A stretch of DNA of 64,000 nucleotides, taken from NCBI GenBank assembly GCA_963695245.1, contig OY968770.1, positions 1,916,704-1,980,703 on the forward strand. The letters run 5' to 3'. This document shows, piece by piece, positions 49,698-61,486 of this stretch. The stretch is from an uncultured Gammaproteobacteria bacterium. GTDB lineage: Bacteria; Pseudomonadota; Gammaproteobacteria; JBGSLN01. The notes beneath the pieces were generated by a model. It searched no databases and was not told the DNA's origin. It saw only the letters and a list, made by a program, of their open reading frames with translations. A program made the position numbers and the translations under genes. Every line of letters begins with the position of its first letter. Position 1 is the first letter of the stretch.

Positions 49698-50444
49698 TCA
49701 GTTTAATTGCGCTAAGATAACGTCATCCATTTCAGCATTGGAAAAAACATTTTGCACATCATCCAAGTCTTCAAGTACGTCAATTAATTTTTGTAGCTTT
49801 TGCGCAGATTCCAAGTCTAAATCCACATTTGTAGAGGCCACCATATTAAGATCGGCATACTCTAAAGCAAAATTTTTATTATCCATAATTTCTTTAAGAC
49901 TGGAAAAATTTTCTACTGGTGTTACAACTTCAATAGTGCCGTCTTCATTGACACTCACATCCTCAGCCCCATGTTCCAAAGCAACCTCCATCACTTCTTC
50001 TTCATCACAACTGGATGCACAAATAATCTGGCCTTGTTTGCTAAAAAGATAAGCTACTGAACCACTGGTTCCAAGATTTCCAGAGTGTTTGCTAAAGGCA
50101 TGGCGCACTTCCGCCACCGTACGGTTGCGATTATCTGTGAGACATTCAACCATTACTGCAACACCAGCAGGCCCATACCCTTCATAAATAATTTCTTCCA
50201 TGTCTGCTCCATCGCCACCGCCGGAGCCTTTTTTAATGGCTCTATCGATATTGTCGTTAGGCATGTTGGCTGATTTGGCTTTAATGATGGCTTCACGCAA
50301 TCTGGGATTGGCTTCTACATCAGCTCCTCCCATTTTGGCGGCTACGGTAATGAGTCGAATCAACTTCGTAAATACTTTCCCGCGTTTTGCATCAACTTTC
50401 TTTTTTTTATGTTGAATGTTAGCCCATTTACTGTGTCCGGCCAT
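49698..50444 (-). CDS. yebC: YebC/PmpR family protein
   Basis: MAGHSKWANIQHKK, YEGYGPAGVA, TDNRNRT. Confidence 0.96.
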   Translation of the reverse strand: MAGHSKWANIQHKKKKVDAKRGKVFTKLIRLITVAAKMGGADVEANPRLREAIIKAKSANMPNDNIDRAIKKGSGGGDGADMEEIIYEGYGPAGVAVMVECLTDNRNRTVAEVRHAFSKHSGNLGTSGSVAYLFSKQGQIICASSCDEEEVMEVALEHGAEDVSVNEDGTIEVVTPVENFSSLKEIMDNKNFALEYADLNMVASTNVDLDLESAQKLQKLIDVLEDLDDVQNVFSNAEMDDVILAQLN

Positions 50445-50446
50445 AA

Positions 50447-52240
50447 TTAATCCTCTTTAGCACTTTCTTTTTTGATAGTTCTTAACCCAAGCTCAATTAA
50501 TTGTGAAGGTTCAGCTTTTGCTGGGGCATTCATCAACGGGCAAGAGGCATTTTGAGTTTTTGGAAAAGCAATTACTTCACGAATTGAATCTGAGCGAGTT
50601 AACAGCATGGCAATTCTATCCAGCCCAAAAGCAATACCACCATGAGGAGGACAACCAAGCTCTAAAGCTTCTAACAAGTGACCAAATTGCGCTTTGGCTT
50701 CAACTTCATCAATGCCTAACAATTCAAAAACTTTCATTTGCGTTTCAAATTGATTAATTCGAATGGAACCACCTCCCACTTCATACCCATTAATCACCAT
50801 ATCATAAGCTCTGGACAGGTGCTCATGAGGACTTTGTAAAAAAGCTTCTAAATTTTCACCTTGAGGAGCTGTAAAAGGATGATGTAACGCATACCAGCGA
50901 TTATGATCTTTGTTGTGTTCAAACATAGGAAAATCCACCACCCAAAGCGGTTGCCAGGAATCGTTAATTAAGTTTAAATCCTGAGCTAATTTAATTCTAA
51001 GGTTACCCAATGCGTCATTAACAATTTCTGCATGATCAGCACCAAAGAAAACAATATCACCTGTGGTTGCATTAACACGTTTCAAAATATTTTGAATGGT
51101 AGCCTCATCAAAGAATTTCAAGATAGGAGACTGTAATCCGGCCATTCCCTGACAGATATCATTGATTTTGATATAGGCAAGCCCTTTAGCACCAAAAATG
51201 CTCACATACTTACCATAATCATCCAATTCCTTACGGCTTAATTTATCGCAGCCACCAGGTAGTTTTAAGGCTGCAACGCGGCCTGTTTTATCATTGGCAG
51301 GACCTGCAAAGACTTTAAAATCTACCGCTTGAACTAAATCATCTATAGTGACCAATTCCAAATCAATTCTTAAATCAGGTTTGTCTACCCCATATTTTTC
51401 CATGGCTTCAGCATAGGTCATTCGCTTAAATGGTGTTGGCAAATCTGCACCGATACAGTGTTTAAAAATATGTGCCATCATTTTTTCAAAGAGTGTTTGA
51501 ATATCCTGTTCATCTAAAAATGAGGTTTCCACATCTAATTGAGTGAACTCAGGTTGTCTGTCCGCTCTTAAATCTTCATCACGAAAACATCGAACAATCT
51601 GATAATAACGATCTAGCCCACTCATCATCAAAAGCTGTTTAAATTGTTGTGGTGATTGTGGTAAGGCAAAAAACTCACCAGGATGGGTTCTACTGGGAAC
51701 TAAGTAGTCTCGTGCGCCTTCTGGTGTTGCCCGCGTTAAAAATGGTGTTTCAACCTCTAAAAAATGTTCCTTATGCATAAAATCGCGAATGGCTTTATTC
51801 ATCTCAGATCGCAGCTTAAGTTTTTTGGTCATCTCAGGACGGCGAATATCAATGTAACGATATTTCAGTCGATTTTCTTCACCTACCGGATGATACTCAT
51901 CAATGGGAAATGGTAATACTTTAGCGTGATTTAATATATTAAGCTCGCTCACCGCAACTTCAATTTTACCCGTTTTGAGGTTTTTATTAGCCAGACCTTC
52001 TGGACGTAATCGTACTTTACCTTCAATCTGAATAACATACTCACTGCGAAGCTTTTCTGCTTGTTCAAAATGTTTTGATGCAATTTCAGGATCAAAAACT
52101 ACTTGCAACAGACCTTCTCTATCACGCAAGTCTACAAAAATCACACCGCCATGATCTCGACGACGATGAACCCAGCCACAAATTTGAACAGATTGATCCA
52201 CCAATTTTTCAGTGACTTCGCCACAATAATGGGTTCGCAT
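50447..52240 (-). CDS. aspS: Aspartate--tRNA ligase
   Basis: [51 protein letters not shown]. Confidence 0.98.
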   Translation of the reverse strand: MRTHYCGEVTEKLVDQSVQICGWVHRRRDHGGVIFVDLRDREGLLQVVFDPEIASKHFEQAEKLRSEYVIQIEGKVRLRPEGLANKNLKTGKIEVAVSELNILNHAKVLPFPIDEYHPVGEENRLKYRYIDIRRPEMTKKLKLRSEMNKAIRDFMHKEHFLEVETPFLTRATPEGARDYLVPSRTHPGEFFALPQSPQQFKQLLMMSGLDRYYQIVRCFRDEDLRADRQPEFTQLDVETSFLDEQDIQTLFEKMMAHIFKHCIGADLPTPFKRMTYAEAMEKYGVDKPDLRIDLELVTIDDLVQAVDFKVFAGPANDKTGRVAALKLPGGCDKLSRKELDDYGKYVSIFGAKGLAYIKINDICQGMAGLQSPILKFFDEATIQNILKRVNATTGDIVFFGADHAEIVNDALGNLRIKLAQDLNLINDSWQPLWVVDFPMFEHNKDHNRWYALHHPFTAPQGENLEAFLQSPHEHLSRAYDMVINGYEVGGGSIRINQFETQMKVFELLGIDEVEAKAQFGHLLEALELGCPPHGGIAFGLDRIAMLLTRSDSIREVIAFPKTQNASCPLMNAPAKAEPSQLIELGLRTIKKESAKED

Positions 52241-52314
52241 AACAACTTTCTCTTTTTAGACATAATTGTATCGCATTGTAGCAAAATTGGATTCTTATAG
52301 TAAGACTTTCAACC

Positions 52315-53718
52315 TTATATGAATGTCGCTATGATTAAGAAAATACCCATAAAACGAATGGGGATGCCTTTTGGCAGCATTATTAATAAAATACCTGTAC
52401 TAAGGGCTAATAATTGAGACATATCTTGTAGTTGAAAATGCCAAACAGAATCAGGTAGCTTTTGAAGAAATGACAGGTATAGCATCAAAATTTTTAATAA
52501 AATAGCAGCAATATAGAATAACCAACAACTGACAAAATGACTGAAAAGCGATATTACACACCCTACTAAAGCTAATGGCGCAATTGCAAAAGTAACCATT
52601 GGGATAGCAATCATATTAGCAACTATGGCGATAAGCGAGGTTTTTTGAAAAAACCAAAGCGTCAAAGGCATCAAACCCAAAGTAATTAACCACTGTAACC
52701 TAAAATGTTTCCACCATAAATTCATGTAAGGATTTAGTCTGCCACTGAGTGAAAAGACGATTAGAAATACAGCAAAAAATGATAACCAAAAGCTGGCTGA
52801 GATAAAAGCTAATGGTTCAAACAACAAAATAATAACAAAGGCCTGAGATAAAGAACGAGCTAAAGAAATATGTCTACCAACAAGCTTTGCCATGATAATT
52901 AAGCTAATCATGATAAATGCTCTTTGGCTGGGTAAAGCAAACCCAGAAAACAAAGTATAAAGCGCAGAACAAACCCATGAAACTATCAACCCTGCTTTTT
53001 GCGCGGGTAACAGAAGTATTAAAAACTCTGAACGACACCATAAAAATACTGCAAGATAAAAACTGAAAAAAGCACAAAGTCCAATATGCAAACCTGATAT
53101 AGCCATCAAATGACTGGTACCTGTGTTACGAAAAATTTGCCACTGTGCTTGAGATACATGGGTCTTTAATCCAACTGTTAAAGCACTGAGTAAACCTGCC
53201 ATAAATTTAAATTTCGTATTTTTTAAGCAATGATAAATTTCATAAGCAAGCTTTTTTCTTGAGCGAAAAATTAAATTCTTGAAACTATGATGATTACGAT
53301 GCAGTAATTGATTAATATTGGCATTCTTAACATAACCAACCGCTTGAATATTATGAATTGCCAACCATTTTCCATAATCAAAAGTGTGATAGGCAGGCAC
53401 TTTTTTACTGGATAACAAATGTACCTTAAGTTGCCATATATCGTTCCGATATACTGCTTTGCGAGTGCCATACCAGCTAATTTTCACATTGCCTGAGGCT
53501 TTATGTCTATCTAAACAATGAAGTTTTACGATAAAACTTAAATGATGCTTTTTAAAAATCGGCGATGAAATAATCAATGCCCTGATTTGATGATACTTGC
53601 CCCTTGAAATATTTATTTGTTTGTCCATCCTTTGGTGATAGGCGATAAATATCCATAATAATAAGAAAATGATAATTACTATTGCATATCCTGGCTGTTT
53701 CAATAATCTTCCTGACAA
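52315..53718 (-). CDS. comEC: ComEC/Rec2 competence protein lacking the C-terminal metallo-beta-lactamase domain
   Basis: TGTSHLMAISGLHIG, PSQRAFIM, SFWLSF, ANMIAIP; ends at 467 aa directly upstream of aspS. Confidence 0.82.
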   Translation of the reverse strand: MSGRLLKQPGYAIVIIIFLLLWIFIAYHQRMDKQINISRGKYHQIRALIISSPIFKKHHLSFIVKLHCLDRHKASGNVKISWYGTRKAVYRNDIWQLKVHLLSSKKVPAYHTFDYGKWLAIHNIQAVGYVKNANINQLLHRNHHSFKNLIFRSRKKLAYEIYHCLKNTKFKFMAGLLSALTVGLKTHVSQAQWQIFRNTGTSHLMAISGLHIGLCAFFSFYLAVFLWCRSEFLILLLPAQKAGLIVSWVCSALYTLFSGFALPSQRAFIMISLIIMAKLVGRHISLARSLSQAFVIILLFEPLAFISASFWLSFFAVFLIVFSLSGRLNPYMNLWWKHFRLQWLITLGLMPLTLWFFQKTSLIAIVANMIAIPMVTFAIAPLALVGCVISLFSHFVSCWLFYIAAILLKILMLYLSFLQKLPDSVWHFQLQDMSQLLALSTGILLIMLPKGIPIRFMGIFLIIATFI

Positions 53719-53930
53719 AACTATATATTACCATAAAAGTAATTCCAAAACTTTGTTTCTATGCAATTTATTTTTCATACCCTTTATGTTAGATTAGCCT
53801 TATGCTGTATTTTTGAACAATTTATGTTAGTCGTAAATCATAAATTATTACAGGCCGCAAGCCCTGTTCGTATCATTGGCCATATTGCTGTACCCCATAT
53901 TTACGATATTAATAATGAACCCATTTACTC

Positions 53931-55136
53931 TGGACTGGATCTGAAAAACTGCAGGCAAATTTCTGAGATAAGTAATGTATTATATTCATGAACTTATAGG
54001 GGAAATAAAATGCCTAAAAGAGAGATGCGTCGATATGACGCAGAATTTAAACAAAATACAGTAAGCTTATATTTCAGTTCAGGAAAGTCTTGTAAAATTC
54101 TTTCTGAAGAATTGAACGTCCCTAGCTCCACTATCGCTTGTTGGATTAATTGCGGTAAATACCATCATTCTCAATCCAAAAATTTACCAAATGTAACTCA
54201 CGAAGAACTTTCAGAACTCAAAAATTGAGGCAAGAATTAAAGCATGTAAAAGAGGAGCGAGACATATTAAAAAAAGCCATAGCCATTTTTTCAGCACCCA
54301 AAAAAAGCTGATATTTGATTTTATGTATCAAAATTAAGCTCAATTCAGTATTGAGAAAATGGCAAAGTTATTCAACGTTTCTGTCAGTGGCTACTACCAT
54401 TGCATCAATGGGGATCTTCGCCAGCATGATAAAAAAGATAAAACTTTGAGCGACATCATCAAAAAAGTCTTTTATGATAGCCGGCAAACTTATGGCAGTA
54501 GCAGAATAAAACAGGCGGTGAACAATACAGGCGAAAGCGTGGGCATTCATAGAATACGCAGGTTAATGCTTGAAAATGGCCTGGAAGCCAGACGTAAAAA
54601 ACTATTTAAAACCACAACACGAATTAATCCTAAAAACACGGTTTCTGATAATATATTAGAACAGGATTTCTCTGCTATTGAGCCTAATCAAAAATGGGTA
54701 AGCGATATTTCCTACATCTGGACAAACTCAGGTTGGTTGTACCTTGCGGTGATTATGGATTTATTTTCAAGAAAAATGATAAGCTTAGCTATGGCAGAAA
54801 GAATGACTCAAAAGTTGGTTATGATGGCATCGGAACAGGTAATTACAAAACGTGAGAAACCTAAATCGTGCATTTATCATTTTGATAGAGGTTCACAGTA
54901 CACAGCTAAATTATTAAAGCAGTTGAAAATTTATGGGTTATCATCGAGTATGAGTGGTAAAGGTAATTGTTATGACAACAGTGCTATGGAAAGCTTTTTT
55001 GCAACTTTAAAAACTGAGTGGGTTTATCATCATCAGTTTCACAATATTGAGGAGGCTAAAATAAATATTTTCGATTGCATTTGAACAACAGTACTATTAA
55101 ATGTAAATTTGCCTACAGTAAATCGGATCCAGTCCA
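53931..55136 (+). mobile_element. IS3-family element, degenerate (frameshifted OrfA, C-terminally truncated OrfB)
   Basis: Imperfect 32-bp IRs TGGACTGGATCTGAAAAACTGCAGGCAAATTT / AAATTTGCCTACAGTAAATCGGATCCAGTCCA with TG..CA ends; OrfA 54010.. (1-nt loss before LRQEL..ERDILKKA); OrfB KWVSDISYI, FDRGSQY, KGNCYDNS.MESFF; no target duplication. Confidence 0.9.
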
Positions 55137-55330
55137 ATAAAAGCAAAAATAGGCTCCAAAATTCAACAGATATAGAAGAGTAATTTAAACCAATGAATTC
55201 ATCAGTAAAAGTGAGTGTGAAATTTTTGAATTATAATGCGCATGACTCGCGCAAAAAATGATTGTTGGTAAATAGATAAGCAGCAAACAATGAACTTAAA
55301 AAATAATACTAACCACGGGACACTACTCTA

Positions 55331-56002
55331 ATGAAACTACTCCTAGTCGAAGACGAAATAAAGACAGCAAATTATCTACAAAAAGGACTGACGGAGCATG
55401 GCTTTAGTGTGGAAACGGCAAACAATGGTGTTGATGGGCTTTTTAAAGCTCAGAATCATACTTATGATTTATTAATACTGGATATTATGTTGCCAGGGCT
55501 TTCTGGTTGGGACATCCTGGAAAAACTGCGAAGCGTAAATATTCAGACTCCGGTATTATTTTTAACCGCTAAAGATGATGTTTCGGATAGAGTCAAAGGT
55601 CTGCAGTTAGGTGCCGATGATTATCTGGTTAAACCCTTCGCCTTTGTTGAATTAGTAGCAAGAACTTTTAATATTTTACGTCGAGGCTCCCAAGATAATA
55701 ATCACCAACTTAAAATTGCCGATTTAGAGATTGATTTAGTTGCGCTTAAAGCCAAACGTGCAGCACAACGTTTAGACTTAACGGCCAAAGAATTTGTATT
55801 ATTATCATTATTTGCCAGAAATGAAGGGAAAATTCTCTCTCGAACTATGATAGCTGAGCAAGTATGGGATATGAATTTTGACAGCGATACCAATGTGGTC
55901 GATGTGGCAATAAAGCGGTTACGAAATAAAGTCGATGAGCCCTTTGATAAAAAATTAATACACACTGTGCGTGGGTTGGGGTATGTCTTTGAAGCTCGAT
56001 AA
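55331..56002 (+). CDS. Heavy-metal-type two-component response regulator (CusR/CzcR family)
   Basis: [59 protein letters not shown]. Confidence 0.9.
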   Translation: MKLLLVEDEIKTANYLQKGLTEHGFSVETANNGVDGLFKAQNHTYDLLILDIMLPGLSGWDILEKLRSVNIQTPVLFLTAKDDVSDRVKGLQLGADDYLVKPFAFVELVARTFNILRRGSQDNNHQLKIADLEIDLVALKAKRAAQRLDLTAKEFVLLSLFARNEGKILSRTMIAEQVWDMNFDSDTNVVDVAIKRLRNKVDEPFDKKLIHTVRGLGYVFEAR

Positions 56003-57431
56003 ATCAAACTATTCAGCAACCTCCATTACTGGAAAACTGACACTGCTTTATACACTGGTGTCCTTCCTATTAATCATCGTTGCTCTTTCTATTATTTATT
56101 TATCGGTGATTACCATGATACATCACCAGGATGAAGCTTTTCTAACAGGTGAACTTAAAACCATTGAAAAGATTATTCTAGATATGAAAGGTACGAATAT
56201 GATTAGCGCGTTACGTCAAGAAATCATATTAGAGCCTGAAACAAATCCAAATCATTATATGGCACGAGTATTGAAAAATAATGACGCCATTGTTTTGCAA
56301 ACTCCTGAACTTACTCAACTCATTTCAACTACAGATTTTCCAAATGTTGACACAAGTAGTAATGCTACATCGATGACACCTGCCAAGCACTTTAAGGCTC
56401 ATAATCATCAACATTATTTACTGATAACACTGAAAACTCACAAGCACCATGTGGCCTATACCATTCAAGTGGCTTTAAACATCACCAAAAGTGATAGAAT
56501 CATTGCCTTCTACGAAGAGATTTTGTTGTTAACCTTAGCCATTACTTTTTTTCTTTGCCTCATTTCAAGTTACATTATGACTCGACGTGGGTTACGTCCC
56601 ATCTATGCACTCAATAAAGCCATTCATGAAATTGATGTTGATAACTTGAATACCGTGCTCGCAAATACAGAATGGCCTACTGAACTCATAGATACTGTCA
56701 CTGTTCTAAATCGTCTATTAGAGCGGATAAAAAGTGCCTTTGAGCGTTTAACACAGTTTTCTTCTGACATTGCCCATGAATTAAGAAATCCGTTAAACAC
56801 ATTAATATGCCAAACAGAAATTGAGTTATCAAAACCAAGAGACGTCACAGAATACAAAACATTACTCGCATCAAACTTAGAAGAGTTGAACAAATTGGCT
56901 GAATTGTTTGAAAAAATGTTATTCATAGCAAGAGCTAAGCAGCCTACTGCAGGTTTAAAAATAGAAGCTTTAAGTTTTACCGCAGAAATGACTGTTATTA
57001 TTGAGTATTATCAAATTTTAGCGAAAGAAAAAAATATTGATATTCATTTCGTCGGCAAGGGAACAATCCATGCTGATTTAGACTTATTCAAGCGTGCTGT
57101 GGGTAATATCCTATCCAATGCTATTAAATACACGTCTGCATCTGGCCAAATTACCATTACTTTATCCACGGATAAAACCTACTCAATCCTTTCGATTCAA
57201 GACTCAGGCATAGGTATTGATGAGCATCATCTAGAGCACATTTTTGATAGATTTTATCGCGTTGATTCAGCCAGAGCAAAAACCATCGAAGGTTTTGGTT
57301 TAGGGTTAGCAATTGTCGAATCCATCATGGAGTTACACGGCGGCACAGTTTCTATTCACAGTGAACCCAACGTTGGCACGACTGTCCTACTGAGTTTTCC
57401 CGATCAATCCCTCAAGATGACAAAATTGTAA
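55971..57431 (+). CDS. Heavy-metal-type sensor histidine kinase (CusS family)
   Basis: Two TM segments, [18 protein letters not shown]-box, [32 protein letters not shown]; exact start uncertain. Confidence 0.9.
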   Translation: MGWGMSLKLDKSNYSATSITGKLTLLYTLVSFLLIIVALSIIYLSVITMIHHQDEAFLTGELKTIEKIILDMKGTNMISALRQEIILEPETNPNHYMARVLKNNDAIVLQTPELTQLISTTDFPNVDTSSNATSMTPAKHFKAHNHQHYLLITLKTHKHHVAYTIQVALNITKSDRIIAFYEEILLLTLAITFFLCLISSYIMTRRGLRPIYALNKAIHEIDVDNLNTVLANTEWPTELIDTVTVLNRLLERIKSAFERLTQFSSDIAHELRNPLNTLICQTEIELSKPRDVTEYKTLLASNLEELNKLAELFEKMLFIARAKQPTAGLKIEALSFTAEMTVIIEYYQILAKEKNIDIHFVGKGTIHADLDLFKRAVGNILSNAIKYTSASGQITITLSTDKTYSILSIQDSGIGIDEHHLEHIFDRFYRVDSARAKTIEGFGLGLAIVESIMELHGGTVSIHSEPNVGTTVLLSFPDQSLKMTKL

Positions 57432-57443
57432 TGTTTCTGTCAT
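57417..57443. promoter_or_regulatory. CusR/CopR-type operator overlapping the kinase stop codon, upstream of the ArnT-like gene
   Basis: ATGACAAAATTGTAATGTTTCTGTCAT (TGACA..TGTAAT repeat plus ATGACA/TGTCAT dyad). Confidence 0.6.
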
Positions 57444-57503
57444 TTTCCTAACATCTAATTTTGCTAAAATACCAAATATTATTTACCAAGCAATGGCTGT
57501 TGC

Positions 57504-59237
57504 ATGCTGGTTTCCGAGGTAACCTCACATATACCCCCTAACCTTAGGGAGAGAACACTAAACAATATCAAATTTACCTCTGTTACTCATATTCTTGTGG
57601 CCATGGTATTCAGCCTCCTTATTTTCAATCTCTTCAGTGGCTTACGCCCCTTAAGCAGCCCTGATGAAACTCGTTACACCAGTATTAGCGCCCATATGCT
57701 GCAAAGTGGCGATTATGTAACCCCCAAGCTGAATACCATTAAGTTCTTAGACAAGCCTGTTTTATATTACTGGGTGCAGGCAACGGCCATGCATTATATG
57801 GGTAAGCATAATTGGGTATTTCGTCTACCGTCTGCTCTATTTGCTGCTTTGGGGTGCTTTTTCGTCTTTTTATTTTGCTTGAAATTTTACAGTGTAAAAC
57901 AAGCCTGGCTTGCCATGCTGATGCTGATGACCGCTCCGTTATATTTTGCCATGGCACATTATGTAAATATGGATATAGCCATTGCTGTATTAATCAGTGG
58001 AACATTACTAGCCTATAGAGCATCCACATTAGCACACAAAGTGTCAAATCGTAAAATCTTACTCTACTTAGCGTATGTTTGTGCTGCACTAGGGGTTTTA
58101 ACAAAAGGTTTAATTGGCTTTGTATTGCCTGGCATGGTCATTGTGCTTTGGCATAGTTTCCAAAAAGATTGGGTTGGTATTAAAAATGCACTCTGCCCCT
58201 TCGGTGCATTGCTATTTATTGTCATAATTGCCCCCTGGCTGTATTTAGTTCAAAAAGCCAACCCAGACTTTTTTCATTATTTTTTTATTTTTGAACAATT
58301 CGACCGTTTTAGTCAGTCAGGATTTAATAATGCCATGCCATTTTGGTTTTATATCCCAGTCATTCTTGTTGGGTTTTTACCTTGGTTACCCTTAGTTTTT
58401 ACAGGCATTAAAGAGCTATTGATACAAAGAAATGTTAAGCCATCCCAAGATACTTTATTTTATCTTTGCTGGATAGTCTCCATTTCGCTCTTTTTTTCTA
58501 TTCCACAATCAAAAATCATTAGTTACATCTTACCCGTGTTTCCGCCGATAGCTATTTTGATGGCAAAGCTATGCTGCAACAAAGGACTTTCAGAAAAAAC
58601 TCAAAGCATGATGAAAAGACTCAGCCCTTTGCTGTACTTAATCAGTGCCATTGCAATGAGCTGTACACTACTTTATGTATGGAACTCAGATTACCTTGAT
58701 AACATTCGAATATATCTTGTCATGGTCAATGCGCTATTGTACGCTTCAATCATCATCAGTGCGTATTTAGCTATCTACCGTAATTGGCAACAACAGCTTT
58801 TTTATGTTGGTTTTTCAACGTTGTTTATTTATTGCATTCTGCTACCTTCAACTGCCTACTGGCCAAGTAACAATACCCGAGCGTTTATACCTTATCTTGA
58901 GCATCATTTAAAAGCGAATGACGCACTCATCGCATACAACCTTTATCCTTACGAACTCCCTATCTATTTAAATCGAGCGATTCCTGTGGTTGAAAATTGG
59001 CAAAGTATTTCTGCAAGTAAAGACAATTGGAAAGGGCATTTTGTGTATGGAGTCACACCGCAACAAAAGAAAAACTTGTTATTAAGTGAGCAGCAATTCC
59101 AAGTGCTTTGGCACAGTAATAAACACGTTTACGCACTGATGCCAAAGTCAGAGTATAGAAAGCTTCATTTCAAAAACTCTATTATTGAGAATAATGGGGT
59201 TGATGTCTTGATTGAAAACAAACCCAATTTAGAGTAA
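57504..59237 (+). CDS. ArnT-like glycosyltransferase family 39 (lipid A aminoarabinose transferase-like)
   Basis: PDETRY..IS.HML.SGDYVTP, FLDKPVLYYW, RLPSAL, LTKGLIG, PFWFYIP, SYILP; many TM helices. Confidence 0.85.
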   Translation: MLVSEVTSHIPPNLRERTLNNIKFTSVTHILVAMVFSLLIFNLFSGLRPLSSPDETRYTSISAHMLQSGDYVTPKLNTIKFLDKPVLYYWVQATAMHYMGKHNWVFRLPSALFAALGCFFVFLFCLKFYSVKQAWLAMLMLMTAPLYFAMAHYVNMDIAIAVLISGTLLAYRASTLAHKVSNRKILLYLAYVCAALGVLTKGLIGFVLPGMVIVLWHSFQKDWVGIKNALCPFGALLFIVIIAPWLYLVQKANPDFFHYFFIFEQFDRFSQSGFNNAMPFWFYIPVILVGFLPWLPLVFTGIKELLIQRNVKPSQDTLFYLCWIVSISLFFSIPQSKIISYILPVFPPIAILMAKLCCNKGLSEKTQSMMKRLSPLLYLISAIAMSCTLLYVWNSDYLDNIRIYLVMVNALLYASIIISAYLAIYRNWQQQLFYVGFSTLFIYCILLPSTAYWPSNNTRAFIPYLEHHLKANDALIAYNLYPYELPIYLNRAIPVVENWQSISASKDNWKGHFVYGVTPQQKKNLLLSEQQFQVLWHSNKHVYALMPKSEYRKLHFKNSIIENNGVDVLIENKPNLE

Positions 59238-59251
59238 ACGAGGAATATAAC

Positions 59252-59377
59252 GTGTATCCAGCAACATCCTCTGACAGACAAACAAAAACCTACAACAAAG
59301 TAGCTCATGTTACCGTTTTATTCTGGGTGATAAAAATCATCTCCACAACTGTAGGTGAAGCCAGTCCAATATGTTAA
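59252..59377 (+). pseudogene. 5' remnant of a COG4705/DUF347-type membrane protein
   Basis: GAGG RBS, GTG start, NKVAHVTVLFWVIKIISTTVGEA matches the family N-terminal motif, then a stop after 41 codons. Confidence 0.65.
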
Positions 59378-59432
59378 TAACGCTCTGTTCATAAACTTTT
59401 TTCAAAATTCTTTCCAAAGGGATATAAAAATA

Positions 59433-59461
59433 TTGCCATAGGTTAACATGTATGTTAACTT
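59433..59461 (+). promoter_or_regulatory. TA operon promoter with palindromic operator
   Basis: TTGCCA-N17-TAACTT; perfect GTTAACAT-GT-ATGTTAAC palindrome at 59442-59459 overlaps it. Confidence 0.6.
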
Positions 59462-59467
59462 GAAGTT

Positions 59468-59818
59468 ATGAGAGAAATATACTTTTACAAAACTAAGTCT
59501 GATAAATGTCCTGTTGTAGATTTTCTTAATTCATTGACAGGCACTCAGGCTCAAAAGGCTACTTGGGTCATGCAACTTATTGAAGATTTGCCTAAGCCAT
59601 CTGTAAAATTTTTTAAAAAATTAGTGAATACAGCAGATATATGAGAAATTAGAGTTACAGTTCAATCAAATATTATTCGTATATTAGGGTTTTTCTTTAC
59701 AGATAAAATATTTGTAGCTACAAATGGATTTGTAAAAAAAACTCAAAAAACCCCTAAGGCTCAAATAAAATTAGCAGAAAAGTATAAAAAAGATTATTTA
59801 GTGAGGTATCAATCATGA
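59468..59818 (+). pseudogene. RelE/HigB-like (Gp49-type) toxin interrupted by one nonsense codon
   Basis: FYKT..KCPVVDFL ... DI(TGA)EIRV ... RILGF ... NGFVKKTQKTP; TGA at 59642-59644 where the family has Trp; frame otherwise intact. Confidence 0.82.
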
Positions 59819-60090
59819 GTGATTTGCAAAAATATATTAAAGCTCGAAAACGTTCTGACGTTGAGTTTTCGAAAGGTTATGATGAAGGCTATGAACAGTT
59901 TAAAATTGGTATTTTAATCAGAAAAATGCGCAGGGAAGCTGGTCTTACTCAACAAGATTTGGCTGATCTAATAGGTTCGAAAAAATCTGCTATTTCTCGT
60001 ATGGAAAACCATGCAGAAGATATAAAGCTGTCAACATTGTCATCTTTAGCTTCAGCACTAGGCAAAAATGTGCGAATTAATTTTAGTTAA
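59815..60090 (+). CDS. XRE-family HTH antitoxin (HigA-like)
   Basis: RKMRREAGLTQQDLADLIGSKKSAISRMEN..DIKLSTL; ATGA overlap with the toxin. Confidence 0.87.
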   Translation: MSDLQKYIKARKRSDVEFSKGYDEGYEQFKIGILIRKMRREAGLTQQDLADLIGSKKSAISRMENHAEDIKLSTLSSLASALGKNVRINFS

Positions 60091-60156
60091 TTTTATTTAT
60101 AATAGTTGCTCACTAAAAACAGTTTTCCTTTTCCCTGTGATTTTTCAGGCTGATAT

Positions 60157-61358
60157 ATCACTACTAGACATTCTTTAGACCTTCATTAATGTTTTCAATA
60201 AGTTATGAGACTGTTTCCCTGATTTTATTATGTGTAAACTTTTAAAAAATTCATTACTTCGATCGCAAAAATTAATAACTAATTTTCGCAAATAATCATA
60301 GCCATGCCTAAAATAATTTTTTGCTTTATCACCATGTGATTTAGTAGCTATAGTTTCAACTTCTGAAAATACTTCACCAGTTCTATAACTCCATGCAAAT
60401 GCAATGGTCATCACCGCCAATAGTTTATCAATGCGAGCAGGCTCTGTCATGTGAGTGGATTCAAAATTAAAACCTTTTATTTTTAAGCAGCCAAACATAG
60501 TTTCAATTTCTTGACGAACTTCATAACCTACAAGCGCATGCTTTGGATTATTATTTGTAACAACAATTCGGTATGTACCATCCAATAATTTTTCGCCCAC
60601 AACAAAAACTGTGCAACCCAGAACAACTCTTTTGCCTAGTGAACACGTACTCCCTGGCTTTAGATTTCTAAAGAAATTCCTTGCAGGCTTTTGTCTGCCG
60701 CGACTATCTGATACGTTAAAACTGCACTTTATCCTTATTATAAAGGGTATTTTAGAAGAAATTAAATATTGAAACCATTCTTTTCCAACGAATTCTTTAT
60801 CTGCTAATAAATTGGAAATTTTATTGATCCCAAATGTTTTTTTAAAACGTTCTAACATTTCAATGCGATCAGATGTCTTGGTGTTTGCCCGCTTATTGAG
60901 CGTTTTCCAAAGTAATGGTATTGCAATGCCATTATGGCAAACGGATAAAACAAAAATATTAATATCTTTTTTACCAAACTTCCAATTAGTCCGATCTATT
61001 GCTAGAGTCCAGCTAGCGCCGAACTGGAAGATACTGACAACAAATGTAGCAATGCTATCAAATGAAAATTCAAACTTTGCCATGAACCGATTAATTCTCT
61101 TATAGTTTGAAGCCTGTTTAGCGTTGCCACGAAAGACAGTTGCAACTTGAACTAAATTTATAGTTTTGACCATCATAATCCCCAACACAATTTGCCCCAA
61201 GCAAATGAGTTGTGAAGGATGCCAATCAGAAAAGTGTGTTCGTAGGGCCGCGCATAACGCCAATAATTCAGTCATAATAAATTCCAGGGGAGAAGGTTTC
61301 GCTAAGAATGGAATTCTATTATAAATCAACTGATTATAAAACAATGTCTAGTAGTGAT
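60157..61358 (-). mobile_element. IS4-family element with transposase 60175..61344
   Basis: Perfect 16-bp IRs ATCACTACTAGACATT / AATGTCTAGTAGTGAT; IDRTNWKFG, LLADKEFVG, R.EIETMFGCLK..GFNFESTH; no target duplication seen. Confidence 0.88.
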
Positions 61359-61486
61359 GAGAATTTTCCAACATGGTTTTTTCTAATTTCAAAAATATCT
61401 TTTATTTCAACCGGCTGTCCCGGCTAAAGTTGATCCCCGATTTTACCAACTGGAGCTAGTTTAGCTGCTTTCTCTCTAACTACCGC

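Noticed and set aside
53761..53991. 76-aa ORF upstream of IS3 OrfA
   Set aside because: It runs through the IS3 left inverted repeat and has no recognisable motif; probably spurious.
59642..59644. In-frame TGA as evidence of genetic code 4 or selenocysteine
   Set aside because: Core genes here (rluC, ptsN, uvrC, ruvC) end in TGA and use TGG for Trp; a single nonsense mutation is simpler.
61405..61445. TGTCCCGGCTAAAGTTGATCCCC resembling an IS21-type end
   Set aside because: No partner repeat or transposase fragment was found; the resemblance is too weak to call.
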